This document shows positions 1 through 9,802 of a stretch of 26,262 nt of DNA, piece by piece (positions within the stretch are counted from its first letter, which is position 1; each line of letters opens with the position of its first letter). The position numbers and the translations under genes are program-made. This DNA is from Candidatus Poribacteria bacterium. GTDB lineage: Bacteria > Poribacteria > WGA-4E > UBA9662. The stretch spans positions 1 through 26,262 of the forward strand of contig JAYGDX010000242.1 of the NCBI GenBank assembly GCA_046582655.1, read 5' to 3'. The notes below the pieces were generated by a model, which worked only from the letters and a program-made list of their open reading frames with translations, had not been told where the DNA came from and ran no database searches.

Positions 1-1099
1 TGTTTGAAGAACCCACCGTCGGGGTAAAATGAGGCGTAGGGGCGATGGGGAAGAAAATTTCGGATGTAGCGGTACTTTTTGTTTCTGACCGTCCGGATCA
101 TCTCATTGCAATTGTCCAAACGGTCCCGAGCACTATAGACATATTCACGTGGTTCACACTTCTGCGGACCGAGAAACTCCCGGCCTTGGAAATGTGCAGG
201 ACTTGTTATGCCAGCTAAACTCAGGAGCGATGGTCCCAAATCCATCAACATAAAGAAATCGTCCACGACAGTCCTGGAAGATCAGATGCTAGATGCTGAT
301 ACTTTTCAGGAAACCGGATGATCAATAGTACTTGCAATCCGTCGTCGTAAACATGGGTTTTTGCACGAGGATAGCCTGACCCATGGTCAGCCTAGAAGAA
401 GACAATCGTATCATCCGCTAGGCCATGCTGTTCAAGTTTGCTTAGGACATCTCCAACATGGTAGTCGACCTGAGTAATTGTGTCATAAAAGAGAGCCATT
501 CTCTCACGGGCGAGGGGGATGTTGGGAACAAAACTCGGTATCGGGGCTTTATCAGGATCATGTAATTCCTTATCTTGCAACAGATTCGAACGTTGAAGTC
601 GAACTTCCTCTGGATTCATTTTGAAAGTGCTGGCATGAGATTCACTAAAACTACAGATGGCGAAGAACGGTTTGTCATCTGTCCGGTCCTTCCATAGATC
701 CTCGATATTTAGGTACTTCGACCATTCGTCCGAATCGATATACGTGTTAAGATCCGTATTTATCTGTGTACTGATATAACCAGCCTTCATCAAGTAATGA
801 GGTAGAAGATGCACGAACTCAGGTCGGATTGCGAAACTGCGGTGGTGTAACGTGCCAACAGTCGTTGGATGCATGGCCGTGAAAATGCTTGTACGAGAGG
901 GCGAGCAAATTGGTCCCGACACGAAGGTGTTGGTATAACGGACTCCTTGGGCAGCCAATTTATCCAGATTAGGCGTTTTTGCATAGGTGTCGCCATAACA
1001 ACCAAGGTGCCGGGCGCTCAGATCATGAGTATTTAACCATAAAAAATTCGGTCGTTCGTCTGATTTTACACTGCTCACCATAGTGGAACGATTTTCCAT
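1..1099 (-). pseudogene. Sulfatase (Cys-type, formylglycine-dependent), disrupted; 3' end runs off the window
   Basis: N-terminal RPNFLW..HD and CSPSR (CxPxR) motifs. The ORF stops at TAG 392-394 inside DTIVFF*ADHG (W expected), continues in frame ([23 protein letters not shown]), then shifts frame near 270-275 to [53 protein letters not shown]. Confidence 0.88.
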
Positions 1100-1301
1100 A
1101 ATATAACCAGATTCTATTGGCTGATGTCCATCTCAGACTAAATTCTACCATCAGACCCTTTTCTAAATATTGGGTGCCATTACTTTAACAAAATCTTACT
1201 CCAGACAGGAACCTCTTTTTATGATGTTTGAAGCGCATATGAAAGAAAGAATATCATCGGTTATTTGCACCCAAATTGAAAAAAACTGAATTCTTTCTTC
1301 G

Positions 1302-2672
1302 CTAGTTTGGTGAGGACATAACCTTGGGAAAAAGAGATGAAACTAAATCATCTATTGCCTGAGCCGTCCCAACACCACCTAGGGATGATAGGGCCGCCCA
1401 CGTTTCGTATCCACCTTGATCAATCAGTGCTTCGTCGGTACATACATAACCAATGTAACCGTTGGCTAAGCTTACCAGAAAGGTCGGCTCCCCCTTCGAT
1501 GAAGACTTGATATTAAGTCCAATCTCGACAAAAATTTCGCCTGGTAGCGCCACGATAACAGCTTCTCCAAGTCTCAGCAATTGTACTGGAGCTGTCAGGT
1601 TCCGCGGTAATTTTGCCAAACGTTGACACTCAAGGGCATAAACGTCGACCAGTCCTGTGGGAATAGGTTGCCCAACAACCCAATTGAAAGGACCAACTTC
1701 ATAATCGTCATAAGACCCGACTGGCACAGATAGGATTTTTTCCGCTAACTCTAAATCGGCTGAGGAAATCTCTTTCCTGGGAAACTCCAGTATATCGATA
1801 ACACCATTTAACTCGACTGTTTCATGCATCTGCATGAACTGCATTTCGGTAATCAAGTGTCCAGCCAAGACATTAGCCATCTTTTCTGCTTGACGATGAC
1901 CTTGATCTGTCCATTGGCTGCGACCGCTAAAATCAATATTGTTAATCTGACCGGAAGCCGCATTCCACAGTAGTGAGATACAGGTCTCACCCAAGTAACG
2001 CTTTAAGAGACGGGAAAAATGACCAAAGTAGTCGGCGGAAATGGCGCTTCCACTATCCGTTCCAATGTAGTGTAAAGAAAAATTAGCAACAGCAGAAATA
2101 GAAATCCCATTTTCACTTTCCACGTACATCATAGCGATCTCCGGATCAATGTCACCAACTGGTTCAACCAAATCCTGGTGTTTGATACCAGGGTTCATTT
2201 TTACAGTTCCATCCTTCATTCTCCAGCGTCGATAGAAAGCAATGCGATCTTCATCAACACTAGCAAAACCAATTCGAGCTGGTTGCAACCGCCGAATCGC
2301 TAGTTCGACTACATCCGCAATTTTGAGGTAGACCCAATCTATATAACTTTTATCTTTATTAACTCCAAGTAAATCAGCTACCGCCACGGCTGTATGGGTA
2401 TGCGTGGCGTTAATCATGACATATCTCGCTGCAATACCACATCTTTCTTCGATCCGTTCCTTAGCTTGGTCAACTATTTCTTGAGTGACGACAATTAGGT
2501 CACACGTAACCATTGCCAAACGAACAGAACCATTATCTACAACTAAAGATTTTACTAATAATTCATCATCAATGTCCTCAGCATACCTGGGTCGAAAACC
2601 TCCTGGCATGGCTGTTCCTAATGGCGGTGTGATGTTTGTTGCTGCACTTCCGGCTCTGAGTTTATTCGGCAT
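1302..2672 (-). CDS. Neutral/alkaline ceramidase-like hydrolase
   Basis: LRAGSAATNITPPLG start, DELLVKSLVV, INATHTHT, NFSLHY, LPGEIFVEIGL, LANGYIGYV and GGYET motifs. Start moved to ATG 2672 because of the upstream GGAGGGGAG RBS. Confidence 0.8.
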   Translation of the reverse strand: MPNKLRAGSAATNITPPLGTAMPGGFRPRYAEDIDDELLVKSLVVDNGSVRLAMVTCDLIVVTQEIVDQAKERIEERCGIAARYVMINATHTHTAVAVADLLGVNKDKSYIDWVYLKIADVVELAIRRLQPARIGFASVDEDRIAFYRRWRMKDGTVKMNPGIKHQDLVEPVGDIDPEIAMMYVESENGISISAVANFSLHYIGTDSGSAISADYFGHFSRLLKRYLGETCISLLWNAASGQINNIDFSGRSQWTDQGHRQAEKMANVLAGHLITEMQFMQMHETVELNGVIDILEFPRKEISSADLELAEKILSVPVGSYDDYEVGPFNWVVGQPIPTGLVDVYALECQRLAKLPRNLTAPVQLLRLGEAVIVALPGEIFVEIGLNIKSSSKGEPTFLVSLANGYIGYVCTDEALIDQGGYETWAALSSLGGVGTAQAIDDLVSSLFPKVMSSPN

Positions 2673-2806
2673 CTCCCCTCCTTCAACTATTATTTCAATT
2701 TCATTATATTTCCGATAACGCTGTAGATCGAAGAGAAATAATAATGATAAAATACTATACGGATCTCTAACCATGGAGACAAGGTTATTTTGCTTTAAAC
2801 AGTTTC

Positions 2807-2835
2807 TTGACAAGTAAAAAGAGAATCCGTAAACT
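2807..2835 (+). promoter_or_regulatory. Putative sigma70 promoter for the SDR gene
   Basis: TTGACA (2807-2812), 17 bp spacer, TAAACT (2830-2835). Confidence 0.5.
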
Positions 2836-3016
2836 TTCTCATTGGTAAAATTTAAAATAAGGCGTTGGTTGCAAACTGAAAATCATTGATTTAATCCTAA
2901 ACTTGGGCTTTGGAGCTCCACTGTTCTCTGATGACAACAAAGTTGGAATTGATGTCACAGTTGCGATAAATGTTCAAACATCCTGATGGTTAGGTTAGTT
3001 AAGAAAGGACTTAAAA

Positions 3017-3745
3017 ATGAATATTGACGGATCTCAAGTTGTCATGCTAGCGGGTGTCGGGCCCGGACTTGGTGCGGCTCTCGCACACCTGTTTGCCAAG
3101 CAGGGATATGCTGTCGGACTAATGGCAAGAAACACTGAATACATCAATCAACTGGAATCAGAGTTGGTAACCAGTGGGTATACGGCAACCGCCTTAACGG
3201 CGGATCTGACCAACTCAAATCAGGTACGATCCGCCTTTTCTAAGCTTCGGGAACGTTTTGGCCCAGTAGAGATATTGATCAACCATGGAGGCTTGGCCTA
3301 CTGGAAAGGAATTCTAGAGGTTTCTCCAGAGGAATTTGAACAGGTCTGGCGAGTCTCTGTTTTAGGTGCTTTGCTCTGTTGTCAGGAGGTTGTTCCCAAT
3401 ATGCAAAAGAAAGGGAAGGGGACTATCTTATTCTCTGGAGCAACATCTACTGTGCGAGGACGAAAGGGCGCTATTGACTTTAGTAGCGCTCAATTTGCCC
3501 GACGTGGACTTGCAGATGCTATGGCACGAGAACTATGGCCACAGGGAATTCATGTGGCCCATATTATTATTGATGGAGTGATTAATACTCCACGTGTCAG
3601 GAAACAACTTAAACCGGACCCTGATGAGCCTTTACTAGATCCAGCAGAAATAGCTAAGAACTACTGGCATCTAGTTCAACAACAACGGAATGCTTGGACC
3701 TTCGAGCTCGATCTGCGCCCGAATCGAGAGGCATTCTTTGAATGA
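3017..3745 (+). CDS. Short-chain dehydrogenase/reductase (atypical SDR)
   Basis: GVGPGLG Rossmann motif, GTILFSGAT, MARELWPQGIHVAHIIIDG, AWTFELDLRP; RBS AAGGA. Confidence 0.9.
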   Translation: MNIDGSQVVMLAGVGPGLGAALAHLFAKQGYAVGLMARNTEYINQLESELVTSGYTATALTADLTNSNQVRSAFSKLRERFGPVEILINHGGLAYWKGILEVSPEEFEQVWRVSVLGALLCCQEVVPNMQKKGKGTILFSGATSTVRGRKGAIDFSSAQFARRGLADAMARELWPQGIHVAHIIIDGVINTPRVRKQLKPDPDEPLLDPAEIAKNYWHLVQQQRNAWTFELDLRPNREAFFE

Positions 3746-3760
3746 ACCTGTACTTATGTG

Positions 3761-4421
3761 TCAATGGAATGTTTCATCTTCTCTATCTATCAAATGCAGA
3801 GTGTGTCTGCCAGCAGACAGGTCAAAGGAGTTAGCAATTTCGTCATCTAACTCATACTGATCAGCTTCTTCACCAGAGACTGTGAAGTTGCAATTCTAGC
3901 TTCCCTTAAACCCGTTTGGCGTTGCACCAAAGCAAAAGCCAATAGCCTCAACAGAGAGATAAAAGCCACGGCCATACCTGAAAAATCCAATTTTTGCAGC
4001 CGATTAACAGCAGTTCGACTAAAGGCCAAGTACTTCCCAGTACAATTTTGTTGGTTGCGGATCTTTGGCCCCACTTTGTTCTATCCGTGTGTAGTTCCTT
4101 TCCTCGTAAATCAGCAAGATCAAGGTTAGAGATTACAAGAGTCGATGGGGAAGTTGCAGTTCCAGTGGTGAGATCATTTACAACTGGAAAGTGGAACCGT
4201 CCTAATCGGTCAAATCGTACTTCTTTGAATCCTTCATTCCTAGCATATATAAGACCATTGCACCAATCATTATCATAACAATTGAGAAGAAAGATATCAT
4301 GCAAACCGCTTATCTGTGCTAGTTTCGATGCGTTTGTTGCACCACCATTCATTGGAACTCCAGCGTGAAACATAGTTCTACTTGCCCAAACTGCACCCAC
4401 AACTGCAAATAGTTCCATCAA
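3761..4421 (-). pseudogene. Probable decayed secreted protein spread over several frames
   Basis: Protein-like segments occur in successive frames: ELFAVVGAVWASRTMFHAG..., GKYLAFSRT..., and GFYLSVEAIGFCFGATPNGFKGS*NCNFTVSGEEADQYELDDEIANSFDLSAGRHTLHLIDRED (TAG at 3896-3898). Confidence 0.35.
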
Positions 4422-4468
4422 TTTTTGAAAGAAAAACGCCTATGGCCGTTGCTAACATGACATGCCGT

Positions 4469-5542
4469 TTACGGCTGTAATCGATCTGCTCCATCCGTTA
4501 ACCATTCTAAATCAAATTGATCAAATGAAATTGTTTCGTAAGGATTGCTTTCTCCTCGTTCGTACAGACAACATATCTGCTGTTTCGTATCCAAACAAAG
4601 GTCAGAATAAGCTGCTGGTCCTGCGTGTAGAACCTTGCCATTACTCCACGTTCGACACTCATCATAGCTAATCCGAATAGTCATTCTTTCTCTGTTCATA
4701 CTTGCCGGATTTGAAAAAAGAATCCGATTTCTATGGTATGAAATTTTGTCTGTGTATCTAATCAGGCTAGCTTGGCATACAGGTTCAATCAGGTTTTCCT
4801 CCCAAGCCCCTTCTTGGAAACTGTCTCCTTGGTCATGACTCCATGACCCCACGCGACGCTTTTCACCAACATAGTTTCGGCTGTTCAAGTAAAGCAATCC
4901 GTCCACCGTTTCCACCACAGCACATTCATTAGTTCCATTCTGTGTGCTTCCGCCGATCTGCCATCTTTGACCGTGATCATCACTGTATATCACGTGCGAG
5001 TGATACGGATCTGTTTTTCGGTTGAGATTGACTCCGACCATATGATCACATGGGATCATGAGTCGTCCACTTCTCAGTTGGATACCGTGACATGGACCAG
5101 TTGCGTACCAGGTCCAATTATCAAGTTTCACTTTGGTAGTAATCTCCTTTGGATCTAACCATGTTGCACCATCGTCCTCACTCGAAGTTAACCAAACAGT
5201 CCTAGGCGCTTTTCCTTGGCAAATTAAGGACTCATGTCCATCCCCTAAATTCCTACAGAACAGCAACCAAATCTTCCCCGTTGATCGATCAATAACTGGA
5301 GCTGGATTTCCTGAAGTATCTCCATTGCCATGAACAACAACCTGCTGATCTGTCCAAGTGTCACCATCATCAAAACTTCGTTTAAGTAACAAATCGATAT
5401 GTCCAGCATCACCACCACCAAACTTTCGTCCCTCACAAAAGGCTAGAATCGTATTGTCATTAGATCTAACTAGAGCAGGAATTCGGTAGGTATGATAGCC
5501 ACCAGTGCCGCTTACAAAAAGATTCTTTTGTTCATAATACAT
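4469..5542 (-). CDS. Sialidase/neuraminidase family protein (GH33, BNR/Asp-box propeller)
   Basis: YRIP motif; Asp boxes SFDDGDTW, SEDDGATW, SDDHGQRW, SHDQGDSF, SYDECRTW; AYSDL. Start moved to ATG 5542 with AAGGAGG RBS. Confidence 0.9.
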   Translation of the reverse strand: MYYEQKNLFVSGTGGYHTYRIPALVRSNDNTILAFCEGRKFGGGDAGHIDLLLKRSFDDGDTWTDQQVVVHGNGDTSGNPAPVIDRSTGKIWLLFCRNLGDGHESLICQGKAPRTVWLTSSEDDGATWLDPKEITTKVKLDNWTWYATGPCHGIQLRSGRLMIPCDHMVGVNLNRKTDPYHSHVIYSDDHGQRWQIGGSTQNGTNECAVVETVDGLLYLNSRNYVGEKRRVGSWSHDQGDSFQEGAWEENLIEPVCQASLIRYTDKISYHRNRILFSNPASMNRERMTIRISYDECRTWSNGKVLHAGPAAYSDLCLDTKQQICCLYERGESNPYETISFDQFDLEWLTDGADRLQP

Positions 5543-5544
5543 GT

Positions 5545-6582
5545 TTATCCTCCTTTTAGAGTCGGCATATTCACCGCATCCGATCGGCGCAAGTGCATAT
5601 GCCCTGCCATCGAGTGTGGGTAACGTGGTGTAACTGACGAAACCTCGCTCAACCGTAACAACAGCTCTTTGTCTAATTGCCATCCTGAACAGCCGACATT
5701 GGATCGAATTTGCTCAACTTTCGTGGCACCGACGATGACAGAGGTAATTGTATCTTGATCTAGAATCCAACGTAGCGCGACTTCGGCCATGCTTTTGTCC
5801 AAATCCTTGGCAATCCCATCAAGCGTCTCAACTGTCTGCTGAATTTGTGGTTTCAGGAAGTCATCCATGGTAGATTGTGTATAATTTAAGCGGCTATCCT
5901 CAGGAGGTGATTGATTTGGTTTATACTTTCCAGTTAAATATCCGGCAGCCAAAGGCCCCCAAACAATAACACCGATCTCCTTCTCTTTGCACAGTGGGAG
6001 AATCTCCTCCTCAATGTCCCTTGTCAGCAGGTTATATTTCGGCTGCAAACTCTCGTATCGCGCGAAATTCCTGATCTCACTGATCCATAGTGCATCACAT
6101 AACCGCCACGCATACTCATTACTGCAACCGATATACCGCACTTTCCCCTGATGAATCAAGTCATCCAAAGCTCGTAGCCGTTCCTCAGCTGGCGTTTCGC
6201 GATCAACATGATGTACTTGATAAAGATCAATGTAATCGGTCTGAAGACGTTGCAAACTGTTCTCTATTTCGGCGACAATATGCCGTCGTGAGGTGCCAGA
6301 ATCGTTAATATCATGTCCTATGGGGTTAAAGACTTTAGTGGCAACAACTAATTTATCACGGTTCCCCTTTTCCCTAATTAGCTTGCCCAAAATCTGCTCG
6401 GATCGGCCGTCTGCATAGCTATTCGCGGTATCAAAAAAATTGATTCCTGCCTCAATTGCCAGATTGAATATTTTTCTTGATCGGTTTTCATCTATTCCCC
6501 AATCATTAGTGCCAAACGTCATGGTACCCAGACACATCTCTGAAACCTTTAAGCCTGTTCTGCCCAAACAACGGTATTCCAT
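5545..6582 (-). CDS. Aldo/keto reductase
   Basis: LGRTGLKVSEMCLGTMTFG, FFDTANSY, ATKV, RLQTDYIDLYQVH, GKVRYIGCSN, WGPLAAGYLTGKY. Confidence 0.93.
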   Translation of the reverse strand: MEYRCLGRTGLKVSEMCLGTMTFGTNDWGIDENRSRKIFNLAIEAGINFFDTANSYADGRSEQILGKLIREKGNRDKLVVATKVFNPIGHDINDSGTSRRHIVAEIENSLQRLQTDYIDLYQVHHVDRETPAEERLRALDDLIHQGKVRYIGCSNEYAWRLCDALWISEIRNFARYESLQPKYNLLTRDIEEEILPLCKEKEIGVIVWGPLAAGYLTGKYKPNQSPPEDSRLNYTQSTMDDFLKPQIQQTVETLDGIAKDLDKSMAEVALRWILDQDTITSVIVGATKVEQIRSNVGCSGWQLDKELLLRLSEVSSVTPRYPHSMAGHMHLRRSDAVNMPTLKGG

Positions 6583-6731
6583 ATTCCCTTTTCCTTAGAA
6601 ATGAGTTAGTATTGAATAAATTAACATGTTTTCATGTCAGTAGGTTGACTTCAACCTGTCATCTCACTTTAGAAATGGTGCTGCGATAAATCTACTCTAA
6701 ACATAAAATCACCAAGAAAGCAAAAATCACC

Positions 6732-7724
6732 ATGGCTATTGATTCCAATGGCAAGAATAAAAAATTAGCGAATAGAAGACTGGGACGTACCGGATATCAG
6801 GTTACCTGCTTGGGGTTAGGAACCTATCGATTCACGATTGACTTCGGAATCCCTCGAGAACAATCGTTATCACTTTTGCATCGTGCTGTGACTCTAGGTA
6901 TCAATTACATGGATACTGCACCTCAGTATGGGGCTGGTGAAAGTGAAGAATTGATTGGACGTGTCCTGCGGCAACATCCAGGTCAACAGGTTTATATTAG
7001 CTCAAAAGTTGGGAATCTAGATGAAACAATTGTCAGATCGTTTGGGGCCGACGCCTATCGAAATGAAGACTGTATCAGACGGGTCGTCGAACATTCCCTC
7101 TGGTTACTGCAAAAAGACCATCTGGAGATGGTTTTTGTCCACGAACCGGAAATGGAGATTTGGGGCTGGGACGAAAAGACACTAGATGCCCCGGTGCTCC
7201 GCATTCTAGAGAAACTCAGGGATGAAGAGATGATCGGCGCTATTGGTCTTGGTAGCAATACGGTAGAATTACCCGGTAGACTAGCTGAAACAGGCCGCTT
7301 TGACGTAATAGAAATTGCTAATGGTTACACCCTTTTAGAACACAGGCTCGAAGAACGCATTCTTCCGGCAGCGCAGAAACACGATCTTGGAATTGTCGCT
7401 GGTGGTCCGTTTCGCGATGGTCTATTAGCTACCAAACAGTACGAAAAAGTCGAGACCCTCAGGAGAGATGCAAAACAAACCGGATGGCTTACAGAAAATA
7501 CCCTAGACCGGCTTTACCTTCTTTATCGACTGAGTGACGAAACAAGTCTACCCATGTACGAGCTAAGCCTTCGCTACATCTTGGGTAATTTTGCCATCCA
7601 TTCCGTTATTCCTGGAGCACAAAAGCCGGCGGAAGTTGAGGCCAACTATCAAGCCGCTTTGAAAGGCCCCTTACCGACAGATATTCTGGATGCCATTAGA
7701 AAAATTCAGCATAAGACATCATAA
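6732..7724 (+). CDS. Aldo/keto reductase, divergent from the first
   Basis: RRLGRTGYQVTCLGLGT, GINYMDTAPQYGAGESEELIG, SSKVG, VFVHEP, VIPGAQ. Confidence 0.9.
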   Translation: MAIDSNGKNKKLANRRLGRTGYQVTCLGLGTYRFTIDFGIPREQSLSLLHRAVTLGINYMDTAPQYGAGESEELIGRVLRQHPGQQVYISSKVGNLDETIVRSFGADAYRNEDCIRRVVEHSLWLLQKDHLEMVFVHEPEMEIWGWDEKTLDAPVLRILEKLRDEEMIGAIGLGSNTVELPGRLAETGRFDVIEIANGYTLLEHRLEERILPAAQKHDLGIVAGGPFRDGLLATKQYEKVETLRRDAKQTGWLTENTLDRLYLLYRLSDETSLPMYELSLRYILGNFAIHSVIPGAQKPAEVEANYQAALKGPLPTDILDAIRKIQHKTS

Positions 7725-7750
7725 CAGCAAAATCTGTTTTGTGTTATCTA

Positions 7751-8572
7751 TCAGAATTGAGCAGATGGCATAAGATTTGTCCATCGATCAAGACATTTCA
7801 AAACTGACCAAGTTGTTGTCAGTTTGCCTTGAGGCTGAACAGATAGAATATCTTCAGCCTCAAAATCCATTTGCTCTTTCACTTCTCTCTCACTAAGACC
7901 TCTGTTCCAGATGCGCACTTCGTCAATGTGACCAGACCAATATTCCTTTTTACCCCCGCCGCCCGCGTCGACAATGTTGCCAATCCCAACCGGATCCTCA
8001 ATAATATTGATTTTCCCCTTTGCTGGTTTTTGACCAACTTCAATGCCGTTCAGATATAAGACCATTTTCCTGCCATCATACGTTCCGGCAACATGAGTCC
8101 ATTTTCCAATTTCAGCGATAGGACCGACGATATGCTGCCACCCACCCATGTTGAGGGAAAACCGGTAGGTTCCTGTTTTATCGGTTCGAATATCGTAAGA
8201 AAACGTCGTTTGACCTAAAACATTAGTTGGTGACTTGCCGATAATAGTTCACCAGTCATTCAACAATTCTTTACCAGGATTAACCCAGGCCATCATGGTA
8301 ATCGCAACCTCGATGGCCAGACTTTCAGTAGTGGGCACAACTACTTGATCATCAACTGCGTCAAAAGCCAGTGATTGGCCAAGTTTACCTTTTCCCCATT
8401 TTGGTTTTCCAGAAACCTTGCCGTGGTTCCGATGTACTGATAGGTCCTTAATTTCTTCTTCGACTTCCTCATCAAACGAAAAATACAAGACTAGCGAGTC
8501 TTCCTGAGCTTCAATAAGCACAGATAAAATTGTTAGACTTACGCTCAACAGGATTAACAACAAGGGCTTCAC
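7751..8572 (-). pseudogene. Secreted LamG/ConA-like jellyroll protein with poribacterial-type C-terminal motif, interrupted by one in-frame TGA
   Basis: ORFs 8249-8572 and 7751-8149 are in the same frame and joined by NDW*TIIGKSPTNVLGQTTFSYDIRTDKTGTYRFSLN. Signal peptide, LVLYFSFDE, WTHVAGTYDG, GHIDEVRIWNRGLS and SVQPQGKLTTTWSVLK are present. Confidence 0.85.
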
Positions 8573-8671
8573 CTTTGGTCTCTTTTTTTATAGCGAGGTT
8601 TTTGATTTCCTTCACAGGGTTACATAAATCTTCTGTTCGTTTTTGATACTAAGATCTAGAGATTCAATCCT

Positions 8672-9553
8672 CTAACCCCTTCCAAAACGTTCATGGGGTT
8701 TGATTTTCAGATCCGGGAGTTTTTCCCAATAACGGGCAGTAGGGGAGTCACGCCAACCTGTATCCAGTTTATCCCAAGAAAATGGTTCGCCCAACCAATT
8801 GAAATGCGGTTGTAACCATCCTTCTGTGATAACATGACTTTCGCCTGCATACCGAAAATCGACTGACAAACGAAGCACATCTCGTGTATGGTTGTTGGCA
8901 GCAGCATGAACGGTCAGGGACTTAAACAGCAGTAGATCCCCGGTCAGGTAGTCTGTCTGTAGCCAATCTAGATTAGAATCAACAGCCACTATGTTTCCAC
9001 CCGGTCCTGGTGCTGGGCGAGGAACGAGAAAACCAGCCTTGTGGCTTCCGGCTAATAATTTTAACCCCCCTACTTCTACTGGAACATCACCCAGCGGTGC
9101 CCAACAGGATATGATCTCCGTAGATCCTCCAACGTAGAGCCAGTCCTGATGCGGTTGTGTGCCACGCTCATTGTCACGAGGAAACACAATCCGGGCAATT
9201 GTCATAGGTAAAGCAAAAACCGGCTCCTGGAAAATATCTTCCATAATTTTGTGAACACGATAATGAAGTTTCAACCGATGGAAGGCTTCCAAAGACTGTA
9301 CTTTTGCGTATACCGGGCGCCATTCTTCCTGTCCTTCAAGAACCGGGGGGTGATCAGTCAAACCATCCATTAAGTTAGATTCGTCAAGTAACCAACCAAC
9401 TTCCTGACAGAATTCGAGGATTGATCTTCTCAGGTCTAAAACCTCATCTTTAGGTAGAATATCCCTCAGAAACAAATAACCGTCATCGCGCAATCGCCGA
9501 CGAAGCGTTGGCGGATCATCAAGCAGGTGGTTGGATTCAGCGAAGTATTTCAT
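8672..9553 (-). CDS. Phytanoyl-CoA dioxygenase (PhyH) family Fe(II)/2-oxoglutarate dioxygenase
   Basis: DGYLFLR, HQD plus distal H (TVHAA) facial triad, GGLKLLAGSHK, RLSVDFRY; GGAG RBS. Confidence 0.92.
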   Translation of the reverse strand: MKYFAESNHLLDDPPTLRRRLRDDGYLFLRDILPKDEVLDLRRSILEFCQEVGWLLDESNLMDGLTDHPPVLEGQEEWRPVYAKVQSLEAFHRLKLHYRVHKIMEDIFQEPVFALPMTIARIVFPRDNERGTQPHQDWLYVGGSTEIISCWAPLGDVPVEVGGLKLLAGSHKAGFLVPRPAPGPGGNIVAVDSNLDWLQTDYLTGDLLLFKSLTVHAAANNHTRDVLRLSVDFRYAGESHVITEGWLQPHFNWLGEPFSWDKLDTGWRDSPTARYWEKLPDLKIKPHERFGRG

Positions 9554-9802
9554 CGATTCTCCTTCGGAAACGACTTAAAGTTTTTTTTCAAACTTTGGAT
9601 GAACTTCAACATCATCCAAACTCACTTATTATACTCTATAAATTCTTTATAATAATAGGAAATAAGGGTAGTCCACGATAACATCTTAACATATTATATT
9701 GCAACATCTTGCGATATTGAAATTTGGGATTTCATAGCTTTATTTCAGTTCAACAGAATTGTGATATTGTCCATACATTCAGGTCATCTAGGAGTTAATA
9801 AT

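Noticed and set aside
2673..2813. N-terminal extensions in the ORF track (also 5543-5683, 22881-22940, 24472-24519)
   Set aside because: Downstream ATGs match the family N-termini and mostly have clear RBSs; one extension overlaps the AKR gene.
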